DNA of 64,000 bases from an uncultured delta proteobacterium (lineage in GTDB: Bacteria > Desulfobacterota > Desulfomonilia > Desulfomonilales > Desulfomonilaceae): positions 128,001-192,000 of the forward strand of contig CAWBKB010000006.1 in the NCBI GenBank assembly GCA_963789265.1, read 5' to 3'. Numbering within the stretch: the stretch's first letter is position 1; each line of letters begins with the position of its first letter. Of this stretch, positions 59,857 to 64,000 are shown piece after piece. Under the pieces are notes generated by a model that was not told where the DNA came from, did no database searches, and saw only the letters and a list, made by a program, of their open reading frames with translations. A program made the translations under genes and the position numbers.

Positions 59857-60978
59857 ATGCAGTCTCGCAACGTTTTCATCGAAAAGGCGCGTGAATTGGA
59901 TTTCGAAGATATAGGCTTCACGACCGCGGAACCCTTTGAATCACAAAGGGAAATTCTTCGGGAGCGTGAGGCGGAGTATGCATGGACCGGTGCGGCCGGA
60001 CTGGATCTGATGGCCGGCACCGACCCCAAGAACGTGCTTCCTGAGGCACAGACCATCATAGTGCTTATGGAACTGTACTTCCGCAAGAGCTATCCTCGAA
60101 ATCTGGAACCATTTTTCGGTCGGTGCTATTTGGACGACGACCGGATTACCAAGGATGGATTGTCTGTGCGTCTCAAGGCTTTCCGCTCTTTTTTAAGACA
60201 GAATGGCATTAATTCCAAAGTTCCTTTTCACCTTCCTCACCGATTGGCCGCGGCGCGTGCCGGATTGGGCACAATCGGAAAGAACTGCCTTTTATATTCC
60301 AACACGATAGCGCGGAGAAGCTCCTGGGTTTTGCCTATAGCCTTGGTTGTGGATGCAGAATTTGAGCCGGATCAGCCGACATTGAAAGTGGGGTGCCCTG
60401 ACTGGTGCAAGAATACCTGTATCGTGTCCTGCCCTACAGGAGCGTTGAAAGGTCCCCGACACATCGATCCTGGACGCTGTGTTTCTTATCTTACTTATTA
60501 CGGCTCCGGTCTCACACCGAGGGAATTCCGGGAAGCCATGGGTCTGTACGTGTACGGGTGTGACCGCTGTCAGAACGTTTGCCCCAGGAATGCCGCTTGG
60601 CTTGCCGCGGACCTGCCGGAAAACGAGCGTGCTGCCAAGAAAAGCTTGGACTTCCAATTGGAGAAACTGCTTCACATGGACCGGGCGTATTTCGAGCAAC
60701 GCATCTGGCCTCACATGTTCTACATGTCCGCTGATGATATCTGGCGCTGGAAGATGAACGTAGCCAGGTCTATGGGTAATACACGCGACACTAAGTACGT
60801 GCCGGAACTGATCCGAGCGTTTCGAGAGAGCGCTGACGAGAGAGTGCGGGCGATGTGTGTATGGGCGCTCGGACGGATAGGCGGGACCAAAGCTCGCGGT
60901 ATCCTGGAATCTATCCGACCGCAAGGCGACGGTATAATAGGTGAAGAAGTGGAATATGCGCTTACCTTGTGCGGGTAA
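59857..60978 (+). CDS. Epoxyqueuosine reductase QueG-like Fe-S protein with HEAT repeat
   Basis: AAARAGLG..GKN, C..C...C..CPTGAL, CVSYLT, YGCDRCQNVCP and WALGRIG motifs. Confidence 0.8.
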   Translation: MQSRNVFIEKARELDFEDIGFTTAEPFESQREILREREAEYAWTGAAGLDLMAGTDPKNVLPEAQTIIVLMELYFRKSYPRNLEPFFGRCYLDDDRITKDGLSVRLKAFRSFLRQNGINSKVPFHLPHRLAAARAGLGTIGKNCLLYSNTIARRSSWVLPIALVVDAEFEPDQPTLKVGCPDWCKNTCIVSCPTGALKGPRHIDPGRCVSYLTYYGSGLTPREFREAMGLYVYGCDRCQNVCPRNAAWLAADLPENERAAKKSLDFQLEKLLHMDRAYFEQRIWPHMFYMSADDIWRWKMNVARSMGNTRDTKYVPELIRAFRESADERVRAMCVWALGRIGGTKARGILESIRPQGDGIIGEEVEYALTLCG

Positions 60979-60984
60979 GGTTGG

Positions 60985-61009
60985 AATTCCGGGTACACCA
61001 TACACAATT
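60985..61009 (-). repeat. Half copy of the R1/R2 repeat end
   Basis: Reverse complement aattgtgtatggtgtacccggaatt, 22/25 identical to the R2 tail; 6 bp after the QueG-like stop. Confidence 0.7.
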
Positions 61010-61214
61010 ATTGATGAACGAGTCTGATATCTGAGATGCCCTGATGGGTCAAGCAGCACGAGCCGTGGCTCCGGGAATGTAGGGGAGACAACACTGATTT
61101 CCTGTTGACAGATGAACTGCTCTCCAATAGCAGCTCTCCAGAGAGAACCCGGCGTCCAGATCAGCATTCAAGGCCCTACGTGCATTGTTCCGGCATCCGT
61201 TTCCAGCGCCTTAG

Positions 61215-61686
61215 TCAGTGCTTCGGTCGACGGCGTATAAGGTTCAGTACCTTCATGGTCATTGCTATTTCGCCATGTTGGTTCAGTACCTCGCGGTATG
61301 AACGTACTATTCCGCGATCCGGTTTTGAGCGTGAGGGCCTGGTTTCTAGAAACAATCACACGTATGGAAAGAGTATCGCCTGCCCGCACGGGCTTCAGCC
61401 ATCGCAGTTCGTCTATGCCCGGAGAGCCCAGGCTTGCCACTCGTGGGAGGTAATGTTCGACGAAGAGCCGGGCAGCGAGGCTTGCCGTGTACCAGCCGCT
61501 GACTATCATACGACCGGAAGTGGACTGTTCAGCCGCCGAAGAATCGGTGTAAAGCGGTAGCGGGTCGAAGCGCTTCGCGAAGGCAATGGCTTCGGCCTCC
61601 TCGACAGCTATGGAACCGAACTCGTGAATCGCCCCGACGACGTAGTCTTCGAAGTAGCGGTCTTCTGGTGCAGTGGTGAATGTCAT
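61215..61686 (-). pseudogene. MaoC-family dehydratase, frameshifted near 61351
   Basis: RYFEDY.VG, FAKRFDP, SGWYT and GIDELRW.KPV motifs; removing one T restores [20 protein letters not shown] and a stop at 61215. Confidence 0.8.
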
Positions 61687-61742
61687 GGATATATTGGATC
61701 TCCCAGAGCGACTCAGGCGGGAAAAGGAGGCACGCCTCCTTT

Positions 61743-61935
61743 TCAGTCGGTTCTTGGCCGTCCGCGAGGCCGAAGTGCGAATTCCTGATGAACGACCTCT
61801 TGGCGCGCATTATCACGGTTCAACACATGGTAGCAGACCTCACCGACCGAAACTCGTGCGGTTCCCGGCATGAATTCACGTTACCATAATTGATTGCCGG
61901 AACAACAGAGAAGAAGAATGTCCCCGTTTCCCTCC
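61743..61935 (-). mobile_element. Internally deleted Y1 (IS200-like/RAYT) transposase mini-element
   Basis: ORF 61871-61743 MPGTARVSVGEVCYHVLNRDNARQEVVH/QEFALRPRGRPRTD joins RAYT-like N- and C-termini; upstream end ggggacattct. Confidence 0.65.
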
Positions 61936-61940
61936 TTTTC

Positions 61941-62465
61941 CTAGGAAGGTCCTAATTCTTGCCGCCTTTTCGCGAGGAGCATCCTTCCTATCATGACGGC
62001 ACAAAAACTGAAAAATACGATGGAAGCTATTCCTGTGAGCCAATTCTTGGGATCTGCGGCAAGGATGAAGATTCCTGCCACTACGAACAAGGCCGAGCAA
62101 ACTTCAAGCGACCAGAGTCCCACTTTACTGTGCTGAAGAGCTTGGCCAACGAGGGCCTCATTGATCGTGAGTCTCTCGTCTGTTCGGTCCAGGTGGCGAC
62201 ATTGAATGTAGACCCAAAGTGCGTAAGATACGAGAAGAAAGGGCAAAATGAGGAGACCTCCAAGAGGGCCCACAAAAAGAATCGAGCCGAAGATTAGCAA
62301 CAGAGACACTATTATGTAAATCTTTACGCTTTTGCGTAATCTCTCGAAATCCTTCTCCGAAGAAATAGTATATCCTCGGCCGAGGGCGCCCAAAGGGAAG
62401 AACAACTTGCGACCGTCGTCCGTTGTCTTAAAGGAACCGCTTGCGAGGGCATCGAAATATCCCAT
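61941..62465 (-). CDS. Hypothetical membrane protein (about 4 TM)
   Basis: 174-aa ORF with hydrophobic segments and GGGAG RBS. Confidence 0.65.
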   Translation of the reverse strand: MGYFDALASGSFKTTDDGRKLFFPLGALGRGYTISSEKDFERLRKSVKIYIIVSLLLIFGSILFVGPLGGLLILPFLLVSYALWVYIQCRHLDRTDERLTINEALVGQALQHSKVGLWSLEVCSALFVVAGIFILAADPKNWLTGIASIVFFSFCAVMIGRMLLAKRRQELGPS

Positions 62466-62687
62466 GAGTTTTCTCCCTTCTAGTCTGTGAGCATCGTTGG
62501 CGTTCCAGATATCGTCCCGATTCGCTATCGTCCCCTGTATGGAGATGCGACTCGGTTAAAAAGGATTCGCACGTATCATCCGACTTCGCTTTCGACGGGG
62601 GATGACAAAATGCGGTGTATCGTAATATTGGTGTGTTGGAGAGATAGATTTACCACCCGGGTCTCTTTTTGAGAGGTTGCTGCCTTC

Positions 62688-63105
62688 ATGTTGCAAATAT
62701 CAAACGAAATAACGATCCCAACCGAAGAGATAGACGTCCAAGCTGTACGTTTCTCAGGGGCCTGGCGGCCAGAATGTGAACAAGGTTTCTACCGCTGTTC
62801 ATCTTCGGTTTGACATACGCTCATCATCACTACCGGATATCTATAAAGAAAAGCTGTTGATGTTGAATGATCGGCGCATTTCGGCAGAAGGCGTCGTTAT
62901 CATCAAGGCGCAACGGTATCGCAGCCAACTTAAGAATAAAGAAGAGGCACTCGAAAGACTCCGAAAAATTATCAAAAGTGTAATCATTTCCCCCAAAAAA
63001 CGGTATGCGACGAAGCCAACGAAAGGAGCCCGGCAAAAGCGCTTAGAGAGCAAAACCATACGAGCGCAAGTGAAAGCGTTAAGGCGAAAGGTCGATCATC
63101 AGTAG
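62688..63105 (+). pseudogene. arfB: Ribosome rescue peptidyl-tRNA hydrolase ArfB, frameshifted near 62751
   Basis: Removing one T gives VRSQGPGGQNVNKVS; KAQRYRSQ..N and basic tail TKPTKG..KRLESK. Confidence 0.88.
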
Positions 63106-63452
63106 TAATGACAGCACAAGTGCAAGGGACCAGCTCAGATGAAACAATCGTGGATTTGTTGGACCATCTTCGCCCTAACTGCGTCAAAGCCGAGTTTTGA
63201 AATCGAACGTGAACAACCTTACGGTAGTTAATTCTGGAGCCTTGACTAGGAGGGTCGAGATAATTGTCCTGGAAATCTACTCAAAGGAGATGCTCTAATC
63301 ATGCAAACAAGAACAAGCGATGAGGTTGGGTCGTATCTCCTGGTTTCTATCTTTCGCGCTGGGCAGCCCTGCTCAACAGCAAGTAATTCAGCCCAATTTG
63401 CGCCGCGATCTCAATGAGGCAAAAAGCAAGACTTGCGCCGCAGGCATCGACG

Positions 63453-63625
63453 CATAGGCGCTAACCTAACCCCGCGATACGCGGGGTTCCGCCCCTTTCG
63501 TAAAGGGGGGCCAGGGGGGATTTTGGCCTAACCCCTTGAAAATCCCCCTAGATCCCCCTTTAGAAAAGGGGGACCTTTATGGCCCTCCTGAAAAGGAACG
63601 AAATTGCCTTAAGTTAACGCCTATG
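63453..63625. mobile_element. MITE with CATAGGCG..AAC(C/T)TAA TIRs (IS4/IS231-like ends)
   Basis: cataggcgctaacctaa ... ttaagttaacgcctatg; same end motif at about 8179 and 8220. Confidence 0.65.
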
Positions 63626-63838
63626 GGCTGAAGCCGGAATCCAGTATTTTCACTCCCGCGTTCCTCGCGGGACTGGACCCGGGCTTTGGCCCGGGTGACG
63701 GGTGGGGAACAGGTCATTACTTTTGGCAATGGCTATAAAAAAGGTTTACGCGAAAATCTGAGACGAGTATTATCGCTAAGCGAAATCCCGAAGCGGGCAT
63801 GTTCGGCAGCGTCGACGAAGAAGTTAGGATTTCAAAGC

Positions 63839-64000
63839 ATGCAATGGCTCTATCTATCCATCGCTATCGTATCCGAGGTGATTGCCACTTCAGCACTCAA
63901 GGCCGCCGAAGGGTTCACTCGGTGGCTCCCATCACTGCTGGTTGTTTTTGGTTATGCCTCCGCGTTCTACTTTCTGTCGCTTACCCTGCGCTCCATTCCG
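63839..64000 (+). CDS. SMR-family multidrug efflux protein (EmrE/QacE-like), truncated by the window end
   Basis: [48 protein letters not shown]. Confidence 0.88.
   Translation, partial: MQWLYLSIAIVSEVIATSALKAAEGFTRWLPSLLVVFGYASAFYFLSLTLRSIP

Noticed and set aside
59857..60978. Reductive dehalogenase
   Set aside because: No Tat signal or anchor gene; the motifs and HEAT repeat fit QueG-like proteins
60292..61167. Long antisense ORFs (also 6845-7486, 28207-28833, 55891-56724)
   Set aside because: Shadows of well-supported genes on the opposite strand

Overview
A 64-kb bacterial window whose gene content suggests an anaerobic Desulfobacterota (deltaproteobacterial) genome. This assignment is an inference. 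Core-type genes include nifS-nifU, a Sua5/YciO-family gene, nrdR-ribD, an acetylene-hydratase-like Mo/W enzyme, tsaA, an acyl-CoA dehydrogenase with hbd, a sigma54-controlled Orange-protein-like (NifB/NifX, Mrp, Fe-S ATPase) cluster, cyoABCDE, a P1B ATPase, modABC, a QueG-like protein, arfB, an SMR pump and two paralogous porin-like proteins. The accessory region (about 33-43.7 kb) holds an IS1380 remnant, a secreted calpain-like protease and a 6.9-kb integrase-less islet. The islet is bounded by two 48-bp tRNA-Val 3' fragments and encodes an ISP/IIG-like RM enzyme, a PD-(D/E)XK nuclease and an RxxxxH HEPN-like protein, a candidate new defence module. Two HicAB pairs follow. One has a MerR-HicB fusion and lies between 57-bp palindromic direct repeats whose ends resemble those of a miniature Y1/RAYT transposase element at 61.7-61.9 kb. 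Intergenic DNA is dense with REP-like palindromes and MITEs, often nested. Four genes carry single-base frameshifts in short homopolymers, probably sequencing errors. All calls come from reading motifs by eye; no searches were run.
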